Position numbers and translations under genes: made by a program. Below, piece after piece: positions 11,947 to 24,859 of a DNA stretch of 64,000 nt. Source of the DNA: Lama glama (Eukaryota); the NCBI GenBank assembly GCA_028534125.1, contig CM052816.1, forward strand, positions 87,174,001-87,238,000, written 5' to 3'. Position 1 is the first letter of the stretch, and each line of letters starts with the position of its first letter. The notes under the pieces are model-generated. The model saw nothing but the letters and a program-made list of their open reading frames with translations. It was not told the origin of the DNA and did not search any database.

Positions 11947-13794
11947 CCCAGTGATTTTAAAACAGATGGAATGTCAATTTCTGCTCAAGGTGAGATGGAG
12001 CCGTTGACTGAAAAATTAGAATTTTTGGCAGATGACTTTAGTAATGACTAGAGAAAAAAATTTAAGGGGAACAAATTGGAAAGTAGGTAGACAAATGAAG
12101 AGGTCATTTATTCATTCATACCACAAACAGAATCTGCTAGGAGATGGGTATACATAGCAGGAAAAAAGCAGGTAAACTCTTTGACCCCTTGGTGCCTCTA
12201 TACTTCCCAAAAATCAGATAGGTATCAAATAATTCCCTGTGTATTTTTAAAAACAGTTCCAGACACTCTAAGGGCAAATGTACACTGACCTAACTGAGAC
12301 TGGTAAACCAGGGAAGGCTTGGAGGAAATGATCTTTGTACTTAGACCAAATAAGTAGAAGTCATGTGGGTGAAGCCGGAGAACAGAATAGAGCAGAGTTC
12401 AAGGTAGAGGAACCATAATCATAACCAGCCCTGCAGCACAAAGAACACAGTCCTTTGGAGTAGTTCAGCATTTTCTTACTTTTGGTTGGAAGATTTCTTT
12501 ACTAGTACAATATTGTCATCTAAATCTTCTTAAGAATTTAAGAATTCTTGTCATTTTTATGAGGTACATTATAAATTATAGGGAAATTTTTTTAATTAAA
12601 GTTTGTATTGTAAATGGGTTTTAATAAAATCTTTTACAGCAATATGAACACAATGTATTTATACGTATTTTAGGTAGGCAATGTTGAGCCTTTGAGCCAT
12701 TTAACTACAATAAAAACCTACAATTTACTTTAACTTATTATCTAAGAAAAATATAAGGACAATATGGTAATAAACAATATATATATATATGGATTATTTC
12801 CAGGGGAAAGGTGTGGGGATGGGTAAACAATAAGATTAGACTGGAATATAATTATATTGTATGGTATCTAATATAGATCAGATGCTTTCATAAACTGTTG
12901 TTTGGATTTCTTGCTCCTGCTTAGCTAAAATAAATGAATGTTTCATCTTAATAAAATTTATATTTTGTTTCTAAAATCAGATAGAGTGTTAGATTTAATT
13001 TACACCTCATGGGTGCATCATTTTACTCCCAAGAAATGTTTTTAAAAAATATAAATATAATAACCATTTTTTTCTTTTTAGTCACTGGTTTTGAATGTTG
13101 AGACATCTTGATGTGATGTACCTAATTTAAATAATATGAATGTAACATACAGATATAATGAAAGTCATCTTGTCTATTTGAAGAATTATTATAAACTTAC
13201 TGTAGTTCAGCAGCATCATTGCTTGTTTTCTATCTTCAGTCAAGAGTTAGATGTGAAAATATATTAAACACATTAAAAAAGAAAGCAATACAATGACCAA
13301 TGGTAAAAAACGACACAGATTCAAGTTCAAATGAATCATTGACTGTGTTACTATCAAGTTTATCAGAAGTCAGCAAACCCTTATATAAGTTTACTCAATA
13401 TTCAGTCAGATTCCATAGCACTGTATTTTAATGTGAAAATATATACAGTATTTAATTATTGAAAAAAGTGCCATTGAAGTAATTGTAATTATCACCATTA
13501 GAAACATGGACCCAATGAAACATGTTTGCAGATATATGAGTGTGAGGGAGAATCAAAGATTCAGAAACTCTAGAACGTGGGGAAATGGAATGCAATGCAG
13601 TGAAGTACAGGAGAAGGGGAGAGAGAGAGAGTTTTAAGAGCTATGAAGCAGGAGATGTTTAATGCATCCAGCAGAAATTTTTAAGATTTCTAGTCTTTTC
13701 TTTTGTAAACATCATGAAAGAAAATAAGGCTATTAAACTGAAACTCACAGGATCTAATTAGCAATTTCATTAAGACAATTTAAATGAAGATTCA

Positions 13795-13944
13795 GGAGGA
13801 GAGGGTATAGCTCAAGTGGTAGAGCACATGCTTAGCATGCATGCGGTCCTGGGTTCAATTCCCAGTACATCCTCCAAGAATAAACAAATAAACCTAATTA
13901 CCTCCCCCTACCAAAAATATAATAATAATTAATAATAATAATAA
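13795..13944 (+). mobile_element. tRNA-Ala-derived SINE (camelid Vic-1 type)
   Basis: A box TAGCTCAAGTGG, B box GGTTCAATTCC, (AAT)n tail, 14-bp TSD TAAATGAAGATTCA at 13781-13794 and 13945-13958. Confidence 0.9.
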
Positions 13945-14170
13945 TAAATGAAGATTCAAAACCAAATCTGGTAACTAAGAGTGAATAGAAGATGCTATTG
14001 CAAAAGGTCAGGAAAACTTGACAGAAGATGGACTTTATGTTGGTTTGGGGATGAAGAGCATCAAATAGATTCTAGAAAGTTTAGATTAAAGAATATTTAT
14101 AGTTGTTCACGTGTAAGAGAGAAAAGCCTTTCAGATTTCTGGGGTGATCAACAAACTGGATGTTAATGAT

Positions 14171-14324
14171 TTTTTTAATTGAAATATAGTCAGTTTACAA
14201 TGTTTTAATTTCTAGTGTACAGCATAATGCTTCAGTTATATATATATATATTCTTTTTCACCATAGGCTATTACAAGATATTGAGTATCGTTCCCTGAGC
14301 TATACAGTAGGACCTTGCTGTTTA
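14171..14324 (-). mobile_element. LINE-1 3' end fragment
   Basis: ttttttaattgaaatatagtcagtttacaatg... L1 terminus; TSD GATGTTA(A/G)TGAT at 14159-14170 and 14325-14336. Confidence 0.85.
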
Positions 14325-15296
14325 GATGTTAGTGATATATTTTAAGAAAAACAATGTTGAATGAAAATGAGAAAAATGAGAATGACTGCTATTGTGTTAG
14401 TGTTCATGGTTGTCATTATTTTTTATAATGTGATAGATGAAAATATTTAAACACTGATGGGAAGGGATGGGTACAGAGAGGGACACTGAAGTGATAAGGA
14501 AAGGAAATCAGTGTTACTATAAAACAGAAATTGGTTTTATATAAGAATCTAACATTGAGGTACTTCATCTACAATATTAGTAAAATGGAAAAAATAGGAT
14601 GGGGACATATCAGAAAAACTATATGGAGCTGATAATTTCATGGAGATAGTGATACATTGATACTCTTTCCAAATAGCTTCTATTTTCATGTGGACAGGAG
14701 CATAGAAGAATGTGTTGGAGATTTGAGAAGTGTGGAGAGCATTTTTCAAAAGTCTTGGTGGTGAATGTGAGATAAGAATTGCATTGCTGAAGGCCCAGTT
14801 TAGTTGCGTGACCAAGAATTTATTTTTGTACCAAACTGCCTAATTGTATGATTTTCTCCAGTCATGGAAAAGGTAGGAAACTTGAATGCCAACTGGAGAC
14901 ATTTTGTTAAAATGGTTTGACCACAGAACAAAGAGGCAAGATATTGGCATAAGTGATTCAAACGGGGAAAAAATGAAAAGGCAATGCTCATTGAAAGAAA
15001 TGATGAAGGTCTGTAGCTTCTGCTACATGGATTAGATTTGAGAATTATCCTAAAATTGACAAAATCTGAAGCCTGAGTGGATGAGTATGTATGTGTGCAT
15101 TTCTGCACACACCTCACAGCTACATGCTACGAGAGAGTATAGCTTAACTGAGAGGGAGCGACTGAAATTAAATTCTACTTAAAGCTTCTTTCTTGAATGA
15201 CTGGTAATAAAGGAAATAGGGGAGAAACTCCAACTTTCTTGGGGTTAGGTTATGTTTAATTTTAAATTAGTGAAGAAGATTTATTGTCTGTGGATA

Positions 15297-15995
15297 TATC
15301 ACTCTGGGTCCTACTGGAAAACAGATTTCACACACACTTTGAACAGGAAAAGTGTAATATAAATGACTTACCTATACCAGAGGATTGAAGTTTACAGGGG
15401 GTTTGCTAATAAGAAAAGAGAGAACCCTGAAGGATATAGGAGTAAGAATTGTGAGGCACGATCATTAAGTCATTACACACAGGCTGAGACGGCGCACTCC
15501 TGGACGAGCCCTTCACATGCCATCCCCCAGAGCTGAGATCCAGGTCTTAGTGGAAAGGGCACGGCTGTGGCTCATTGAATGCTCGAGAAAACTAGGGCGT
15601 TGTTCGGGCAAAACTTACTAGACATGGCCCCTGAGGTTCCGGGGCAAGCAGTCCACACAGAGGGGCTATATCTTCAGAGAGGGGCCATACCTGCAGGCAG
15701 TTTTGCTGATCAAAGCTGCTGGCTGCCCTGGCACTGCAGGAACCAGGGGCTGCAAAAGCCATCTATTGAAGGAGCTGAATGCTTGAGAAACTGCACCGCA
15801 GGAACCTGCCGAGAGGAACCCTGCAGGTTGAATGCCTATTTTCCTTTCACTGTTCCTCTAGTACCCTTTACTGACAAAGTTTAAAATTGTGCCAGCCAAC
15901 AAAGGACAAATATTTAAAGGGCCCACCTCTATTTTCAGAGAAGGAAACAAAGGGTAAGTTTGGAGCTGGGAGGTAGTAAGTTGATAAATGCCACT
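15297..15995 (-). mobile_element. ERVL-class LTR (LTR33/LTR41-like)
   Basis: Recalled similarity at both ends (gggtcctactggaaaacagatttcacac...; aaatatttaaagggccca...tttggagctgggaggtagtaagttgataa); GC-richer than flanks. Confidence 0.5.
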
Positions 15996-16242
15996 AGGGG
16001 ATATTCATTTGAAGTAATTTAGGGAAAAAAATTCATAGCTGGACAAAAAGTTAAGAAAGAAAAAAAAGAGGTTTGGAAGTTATCAAAGTACGAGTATTCT
16101 CCAGTTATTTCCTCAAGTCACCACACAATTGGCACATAAATACACATTTAAAGGTAAATCAATGATTTGACAGCTTGCCAAAGGAAAAAAAAATCTATCT
16201 TGCCATGGATAAAAGTCTACATTCCTTGTACTTTTCTGGCTC

Positions 16243-16467
16243 TAGTGCCAACAAATATTTTTTGATAGAAAGCCTAGATAATAAATATTTTATATTCTGC
16301 TGGTCATGTAGTCTCTGTTACAACTTCTCATTTCTGTCAGTGTAGTACAGAAATACCCACAGGCGATATATATGCAAATGATCAAGGCTCTGTTTCAAAA
16401 AACACTATTTATAAAAATAAGAGGTGGCCCAGATTTTGTCTACAGGCAGTAGTGTCTGATATCTGGT
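16243..16467 (-). mobile_element. MER58A-like DNA transposon
   Basis: agataataaatatttt...gtctctgttacaacttctca...ggtggcccagatttt is the reverse complement of the MER58 consensus. Confidence 0.75.
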
Positions 16468-17869
16468 CTATGATATTATAATTGTCTAATTACAAAGAAG
16501 ATATATGAACAGAGTATTCTAAACATAGAGTGATCAATCATCTTTTACTTTAAGTTCTTTTTCTGTTTCATGTGTACACTCATTGTATATATTTAATTAC
16601 AATAAGAATTACTCTATGCTCTGAAAGATTTTTTCTAATTCTACAAATTCTGCATAAATTTTATTAAATGTGTAACAATATTATGAAAGCATGATTGATT
16701 TCATGAAATCATAAAAGGCACATAAATCTATATTTGATGCACTAGAAAGAATATTCAACATACAGTAAACATATCATTAAGTAAAAATAAACTCATGAAA
16801 TTCTATCTACCTGCTTCAGATTTTTAAATAACAGCATGATGTTCAACTTAATTTTAACTTAGAATTAGGCACAATTCTTGGGAGAGTAGCAGGTATCTAT
16901 TACTACAGTATGCATTCATTCCTACATCAATATTCAGAAATCTGGGCACAGAGTTAAATATTGGTATTTAGATTTTATAAAAAAGAAATATTAGAAATGT
17001 TGATTTTTATAAATTAATTTATAAGTACATTACATATATTTAGATGTTTTACAGATTCTTATCATTAAAAATAGATTGTATAATTCATTTAAAGGCACTT
17101 TCATTGAACAAAATTTACTTAAATCTTTCAAAATCTTTGTGGCACACACTATCACACAAAAAATACTGGGTTATGAAGGATATTTAGAAGTTTGTTTGGC
17201 TGAAAAGAATGAGTGATCATTCTCATCTCTGGAAGTGGTATAAATAAGTCATAGAATGAGTAAGAAAGATAAGTGTGTCCTGTGCAAAAGCAGTGGGTGA
17301 ATCAATGTGTCACGAGTAGAGGTTTTACAAGACAGTGACAGAAAATAAGGTGAGAATGAATTGGTTAGGTGGTAATGCAGTAGATTTAGAGTTGAGTTTC
17401 CCAACTAAGATGGTGGCAGAAAGAATAGTGTCAATAAAAAGTGATCAATAAATAATGATAGTTTTGATGTGATTAATTGGCTATGAGTGGTGATTAGAGA
17501 AAGAACAAATTAAATTTGCCTGCTTAGTTAATTTTATCCAATGAGTCTTTATTTCAACTTTTTAAAATTTCTTGATGGTTCTAATGTGTTTTTGATTAGA
17601 GTTGTGTGCTGTTGTAACCCTTCTAACATACATATAGGGTAACAATCAAATATCTGAAATAACCAGCTGACAAGTTCTAATCTTGAACACAGAATAGTTT
17701 TATCTCAACAGTAAAAAAACAAAACCACTGAGTTTATCTTGGAAAATTTAAATTCAGCCCATTATTTCACAATTTGGAAATCTGACTAACCCAACTTTAA
17801 TCCATGTGACATGCTTTGGAGATTTTCATTTGAGGAAAACATAAAGTTTGAGAAGGGTGCATTGTCAAA

Positions 17870-18430
17870 CTTAAGGGCTGGTTTGAGAAAGAAACACAAA
17901 AGAAATAGAACTGAGACATGAAAGAAACAAAAGAGAAACAGGAAAATTTGGTGACTTGAAACTCAAGGGAATTTCAAAACGAGGGTGTGGTCAGTAGTAC
18001 TGGATACTGAGAAATCCAGAAGAATGAGGATTATGAAAAATACATTTCAATTAGAAGAAACTCTATTAGTGGACGTAATGAGAAACAGCTCTGTTTTACA
18101 TAAGATGCCTGGGGTTTGTCCTAAGTGAACTAACTCATGGTCACATCCCCGCTCTGCCATTTATCAAAGGTGTGTCTTTGAGAGGGTTTAAAAAAAAATC
18201 TTTCTGAGCTCCAGTTTCATCAGAGAATATAAACGTTAATAACAGCTATCTTGAAATACCCCACTAGGGTTGAATCTATCTGAAGCTCTCATTTTGCGAC
18301 AATTAGTATCATTGGTCATGGTACTGAAGACTAAGAGCGGGAGTTAGAATGCTAAATGGAAAGTGAGCAAATGGAGCCCATAAATGTAGAAGCATATTTC
18401 AGGAAGTTTGACATTTATAGGAAGGAAAAA
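17870..18430. mobile_element. L2 relic with an embedded MIR fragment (about 18100-18270)
   Basis: Purine-rich L2-like stretches; ctctgccatttatc...tctgagctccagtttcatc MIR core. Confidence 0.45.
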
Positions 18431-19525
18431 AATCTATTTAAGTTAAGTGGGGCAGGTTGGAGGTTGGGGTTTCAGTAGTTCCAAGTTACTGTGCAAGGCA
18501 AGTATTTAAAGCAATAGGAGACTTCTTTGCATAAATCTCCGAGACCAAGAAGTACTGCGTGCCATTTACATTCGTTAATCAGCAAATACTCAGAGTTTCA
18601 ACCGCCATACATAATACAGCATGCAAAATAGTTAACATACCCCTACCTAACTCCACTACTCTGAGCTTAATCATGCTATTTAATTGCCAAGCTTAATTTG
18701 AAAATAATTGTTCACAGCAATTAAGTAAATGCCCCAATTTCATTAAGAGACATTCTAATTAGAACCTACAACATAAAAGTGCTAATGTTGCTTCATTAGG
18801 TTTGATTTAATGTTTCTAACACTAACTTTTATATATTTCTTTTCTTCAAATCCATAACTGTGTTTTAGGGTTAATTATGTTTGGTTCTTGCAAATACCAC
18901 GGGATAATTATTCCTGGATTAAAGTATAGCGATACCTTATATGAAAATTTCATTTCAACTTTTCACATTAAACACGTTTTGGGACAAATTTTAAAGCCTC
19001 CTTGTTGTAGAATAGTTTAAAGCAATTAGTGAGAATTGCATTTGGCTTGAATTGTAAGCAAACAGGTTTTTCAAAACTGAATATGCTCCTTCACATATGG
19101 TATCTGATTGTAAAAGAGAAGTGTTAAAAAAAAAAAAAACAGAAAGGAAAAGAAAAAAAAGGTTTAATGGTTACATAAGCCCACTACTGCAAATTTTTTA
19201 AACTGGTAGTTGAAGGGATGGAAAGGTGACTTAGGTTCTTAATAGTATTATAATCTAAGATAGTGCCATTAAAAATCTTCAAATGTAGTAATTGTTGTTT
19301 GCTAATGAAAAGACTAGGGGATTGGCTTTTTTTCCCTTCTTGTTTCTGTCTTTGCCAAATTACAAGAACTTGCCGATGTTTTCAAGCAATTATTGCTATA
19401 TCCCTACCCATTAACAGAATAATTACAGCAAAGCATGAAAAATATACTGATTTCTTAACTTGGCACTAAGAGGAGGCTCTGATAATAGGGGAATCATGGA
19501 CATTCTATAGTCCAACTCCATTGCT

Positions 19526-19586
19526 TATGTATGTATGTATGTACATATGTATACACGTGTGTGTGTGTGTGTGTGTGTCTGTGTAT
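19526..19586. repeat. (TATG)n-(TG)n compound microsatellite
   Basis: Direct inspection. Confidence 0.9.
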
Positions 19587-20207
19587 ACATTAGACACTAG
19601 GCTGAATCCTGGGGATGCTTTAACAAGTTGTCCCGCCCTTCTGTAGACAGACATGAAATGAGCAACTACAGTAACTGACATTCTACGAAGAGAAGTGACA
19701 ACTAATATAAAAGATATAGAATCATCTAGCTTGTTTTTTGCTTACTATTATTTCCACTCCACCTACGAGCTCTAAGCAAAAAATCAAAAGGAAAACAAAA
19801 GGAAATATAACATCAAAACAAAATACTATGCTGCTTTTCTTTATTTGTGATAACAGGTAACTTGAACAAAAATATGTTTTACCCCAACACATTTGATAAC
19901 TATACCACAGCTCAAACATTTAATATATAGCTGAGTGAAACACAAAAGGAGAACAGTCTACAGCTAAATATTCTTTATGCAAATTCACATACACACACAC
20001 ACACCCCAAAACACCATTTTCATGGAAACATATATATTTGTGAACATAATACAATGCTGCCTAAGGAGGTGGTTCAGTGGAGACTGGGATAAGGAAGGAC
20101 AATATATAGTATTTCCACTGAGGAAGCTAATTCATTCTATTTTTTTTTTATATACCAGGAGTTGAAATGAAAAAAAACAAAGATTAAGTTAAAATATTAC
20201 TACTAAT

Positions 20208-20750
20208 ATTTTTAATTAGTAAACTTTATTTCTTATAGTAATTTTAGAGTCACAGGAAAATTGAGTAGAACTATCCATGAACATGAATATTTTTTCATTT
20301 TTTAGTTCTTCCTGGTATCCTTCATCAGAGTTCTGTAGTTTTACTCATATATTTTGTACATATTTTATTCGATTTGTGTCTAAGTATTTGTAATGCCTTT
20401 GGTTTCAGTTTAGGGTAATGCTAGTCTTAGAGAATAAGTTAGGAAGTATTGCCTTCGGCTCTATCTTCTGAAGACTTTGAGAACTATTAATTTTTTTCCT
20501 TAAATGTCTCTTAGAATTCACCAGTGGACCCATCTAAGCCTGGTGCTTTCTGTATTAGAAGGTTGCTGTTTATTGATTTCAGTTTCTTTAATAAATACAG
20601 GCTCATTCAGATTTTCTGTTTCTTCTCGAACGAATTTTACAACCTGTGTCTTTCAAGACCTTCTTTCATTTTCTGTAGTTTATCAAGTCTGTGGATATAG
20701 TGTTTGTAATATTCCTTTATTCTCCCTGTCATGTCCATTGGATTTCTCTC
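20208..20750 (-). mobile_element. Old L1M element, internally deleted (3' end plus ORF2 pieces)
   Basis: tagaattcaccagtggacccatctaagcctggtgctttc and tatccatgaacatgaata are typical antisense L1 ORF2 motifs. Confidence 0.75.
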
Positions 20751-21625
20751 ATGATGGAAACAGCCTTCTCCCGCCAGCTATATACTTCACTTATGAGGAT
20801 CCTGAGAGCTTTATTTTTTTTATTTTTAAAATTATTACTTATTTATAAACGACTTACAGATAAATCGATTAACCTTTGCAACCTAACACACTTAGCTATG
20901 ACAGAGCTTGCTTTGCTTCATAGCACCAAAGTACGCAAATGCAGCACTAGAAGTGACTTGTGTGATATTCCCATGCGTCTATTTTGTGAAGCAGTTAACT
21001 GTAATCCTTTTTTTTTTAGCTAGGTGGCTACCCATGGCAAAGTGTGATCTTGAAGTCAGAGTATATTACAGTAAAGCTACATTATAGTTACTAAAGCGAT
21101 TATTTCATGTTTTAATGAATTGATTTTTATTAAATGAGAAGCAGTGAAGTCTGCAGTAATTATTTTATAAACTTGAAGTAAACTTGATTCTGAAGATAAC
21201 ATTCACAACACTTGATTACATTTATATAAAAATCTACTTCTTACCATACTCTTAATTTTCTGTAATTCTCATCTCATTCCATTTGGTTCCAGTTAGGTCT
21301 AAATTGGGGAAGAATTCAAGTGACACATTGAAAATTATCATCCTCAAAGACACACAAGCAAAATTCTTGGGGAAGTTATAGCACAGCTCAACTGATTTCT
21401 GCTTTGAAGGGAACTCTTTCTCTTATTTCTGTTCCACTGTAGGAAGTGAGGAGTCTGTTGTGTCTTTTCCTTTCAATATGGTGGCACATCTTGCTGTTGA
21501 TGATACACCCTAAGTTGTCTTGCAGGGCTGTCCTCTCCTGCATGGTAGGGTTCTGAGCCCTGTGTCCAGCCCCAGAGCTGGAGCATACGGCTCCCTCCAG
21601 TTATGCAGTGCACTTCACTCTGTGT

Positions 21626-21649
21626 ACACACACACACACACACACACAC
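21626..21649. repeat. (CA)n microsatellite
   Basis: Direct inspection. Confidence 0.9.
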
Positions 21650-22237
21650 AAGTAGTGGTTGGTTCAGGGGAGCAATGTTTGAGCTAAATTGGTCCAATCA
21701 GAGGAAAGCCTGGGACTATTATTTATAACACAAAGATGATTTCTTTGCATGCTTGCTTTGAACACAGGAAACTATGAGCATTGAAATGTTACGCCAGCAT
21801 AGACTGAGAGAAAAGAATACACTATACGAGTTGGCACTTAGACAATCATACACACTGTGCTCCGATGATAAAGTTTGAGCCCTAAATATAAGGGTGTCTG
21901 AAGCTAGGACTAAATATAGATATTTTCCATTTTTGAAGGGAAGTACAAAGAAGGAGTAGGTCACAGAGGTAAAGTTCTCCGACTCTCAGTGCCTCTCTCT
22001 GAAGTTTGTTCCTTTCTGAAGCTGTATTTCAGGCTAAGACCTACATTCTCCCTTAAGATAGGAGTTCTTTCAGTGAACAGTGGCCCACAACTCCCCTACC
22101 TGTGGTTTCATGGCAACGACAGCGGCTACCTAAATGAGTGTGGCCTTTCTATTGACTTTACCATGTGGTGCTGTCTTGAGCTGCCAATGGTGAGTCAGAG
22201 TACCCCAGCATATTTATTTTAAAATTAAATAAGTCCA

Positions 22238-22379
22238 TGGACAGCAGCATGTAAAACAATGAAGCTAGAACACACCCTTACACCATATACAAAAATCAAC
22301 TCAAAATGGATTAAAGACTTAAACATAAGACAAGATACAATAAACCTCCTAGAGGAAAACATAGGCAAAACATTATCTG
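22238..22379 (+). mobile_element. Young LINE-1 ORF2 fragment running into an assembly gap
   Basis: [40 protein letters not shown] is L1 ORF2. Confidence 0.92.
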
Positions 22380-22879
22380 NNNNNNNNNNNNNNNNNNNNN
22401 NNNNNNNNNNNNNNNNNNNNNNNNNNNNNNNNNNNNNNNNNNNNNNNNNNNNNNNNNNNNNNNNNNNNNNNNNNNNNNNNNNNNNNNNNNNNNNNNNNNN
22501 NNNNNNNNNNNNNNNNNNNNNNNNNNNNNNNNNNNNNNNNNNNNNNNNNNNNNNNNNNNNNNNNNNNNNNNNNNNNNNNNNNNNNNNNNNNNNNNNNNNN
22601 NNNNNNNNNNNNNNNNNNNNNNNNNNNNNNNNNNNNNNNNNNNNNNNNNNNNNNNNNNNNNNNNNNNNNNNNNNNNNNNNNNNNNNNNNNNNNNNNNNNN
22701 NNNNNNNNNNNNNNNNNNNNNNNNNNNNNNNNNNNNNNNNNNNNNNNNNNNNNNNNNNNNNNNNNNNNNNNNNNNNNNNNNNNNNNNNNNNNNNNNNNNN
22801 NNNNNNNNNNNNNNNNNNNNNNNNNNNNNNNNNNNNNNNNNNNNNNNNNNNNNNNNNNNNNNNNNNNNNNNNNNNNNNN
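22380..22879. other. Assembly gap (500 N)
   Basis: N run. Confidence 1.
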
Positions 22880-24859
22880 GGAGGTGGCAAGGTTTTGTTT
22901 GATATTGCAGCTCCTGTAGCAATACAAAAATTGAAAGTGTGTACATAAATATTTGGAGAAATAGTTCCCTGTAATTTGAAAATATAATAGAAAAATATAA
23001 ACTAAAATCACCCTGACAGCACCTTTAATAATCAATCATTTATACTAGCACAAATCCGTTTTTTCTATCATGTCCTTTCTGTGTATTGCATCTGAGAAGC
23101 GTCTTAATCAAGAGGCTTATTCCTCTGGGACTTAATGACTAGAAAAGAATCTGGTTATTTTATCTGTAAGATCATCAGTTTGTTCTAGGTTCTTGAGAAA
23201 TGTTCTGTGATATTTGGTGGGGCCATTTCCTAATCTACTTTTTGCTTGCATGCTGAATCTCCTATTGCTGGACTAAGTCCTTTCACAAAAAGTGAAGAGT
23301 GTGCTGGAGTCACATCTGCTTTAGGATCTACTAATGAACATGGTCTAAAGATGTTCAGCAGACTACCCCTCAGTTCTCTAATGGACTAGCAGGGCTAGAC
23401 CAGGGACTAGGATATCTTTACAAGATGTTAGAAATAGCTTCCAAAGAGTTTGTCCAAAAGCGACATGTTTTCTAAATCACATTTGCTTCCTATTCAGTAT
23501 TGACTCCCTAAGTCATCCTTGAGGTCTTCTCTTTCTTCCTTTTCCTTCTAACTCTTCTGTTTGAGGTTCCCACTAACAAAGAAATTGAGTACACTAGAAT
23601 CAGAAATAACAGATTATATATTCCAATAAGTATTCTAATTCCCTCTGTTAGTTGTTTTGTCTGTCTATCTTGTTTAGGTTTTGGAAAGTCTTTGATGATG
23701 GTTCTCAGCTCAGAAGAAAACCAAGTCTAAATATCAACGTTAAGCTGCTTGCCCTATTCTGAAAGGGATTTAATAAGAGGCAAATCAACTCTGTAAGTGC
23801 TTAAATAGCCATAAAAAAAGGGAATTAAGCCAGAAAGAGATATAGGGGTTAAAGGTACCGTTAAAGCATACACTGGGGTAAGAGAACAGTCATGCATTAT
23901 CCATTGGACTCAAGTTGTTCTTAAAGGATCTAAGATAAAGATGGTTGTAAGTTTTTTGCATTTATTATTTGCCTCGATCAAAGAAACAATATTGGAATCT
24001 GAATTTCTATTTGAAGCCCTTTCATAATTCCATTCCCCTAAATACAGACCATTAAATATTTGAATTTTTTTCCTTTCATTTCTTATCTTCTCTCACATGA
24101 ACAATTCTGTTCATAACAAAAGGACTTCAAAGTGACTACTATCATTCTAATTCATCCTTGGTGAAACTATAAAGTTTAGAAAGATATATTCACAAATTAG
24201 AATTACAGAGTAAAAACATGAAAGTAGTAAGTGTCTGGCACAGAATTAGATTGATATCAACACAATATCATTAGAACTGCACCGATCAGTAAGAGCAGTG
24301 CTTGTCCAACATCATGTCTCTGGAATCTGATCAATTAACTAGACATCACCTGATAAAACCCTGACAAAACTCTTCACTCTTGACAGACACAACTGAGGAA
24401 AGCAGTTCTCAGGGACACAAAGGTAAGACAGATGAAAGCGTGTCCCAGTGGTGTATGATTAGACCTTCTTAACTAATAAATGGACAGGCAAGCTTCTTGG
24501 CCTTTTGCTTATCGTCTTCATAAGGACTGTCTCTTGTAGACATAGAACACAGAGTAACAAGGAAACATGGGATTGAGACATGTTTTCATAAAGATGAGGG
24601 TTTTCAAACTTGATCAAAGACCCACAAAATCAGTAGAAGCAATCCTGTTTCCCAGGGGACAAAATTTGTTTAGCTTTCGGAATCTTGATGAAAATAATGC
24701 AGAACTCAGATTCAGTGTGACACTTATCCCATCATCATCATCAAAGAATTCCATGAATTGGTGGTCAAGGGGCATCAGTTGAGCCTACAGTTTCAAAACT
24801 GATGATTTTCAGCTGTGAATACAAGTAATTTTGTATTTGAATTTTGGTAAAACCTACAT

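Noticed and set aside
13800..13875. tRNA-Ala gene
   Set aside because: It continues into a SINE body and (AAT)n tail and is flanked by a TSD, so it is a SINE.
22225..23035. Long ORFs of 211-229 aa
   Set aside because: Artefacts of translating through the 500-N gap.
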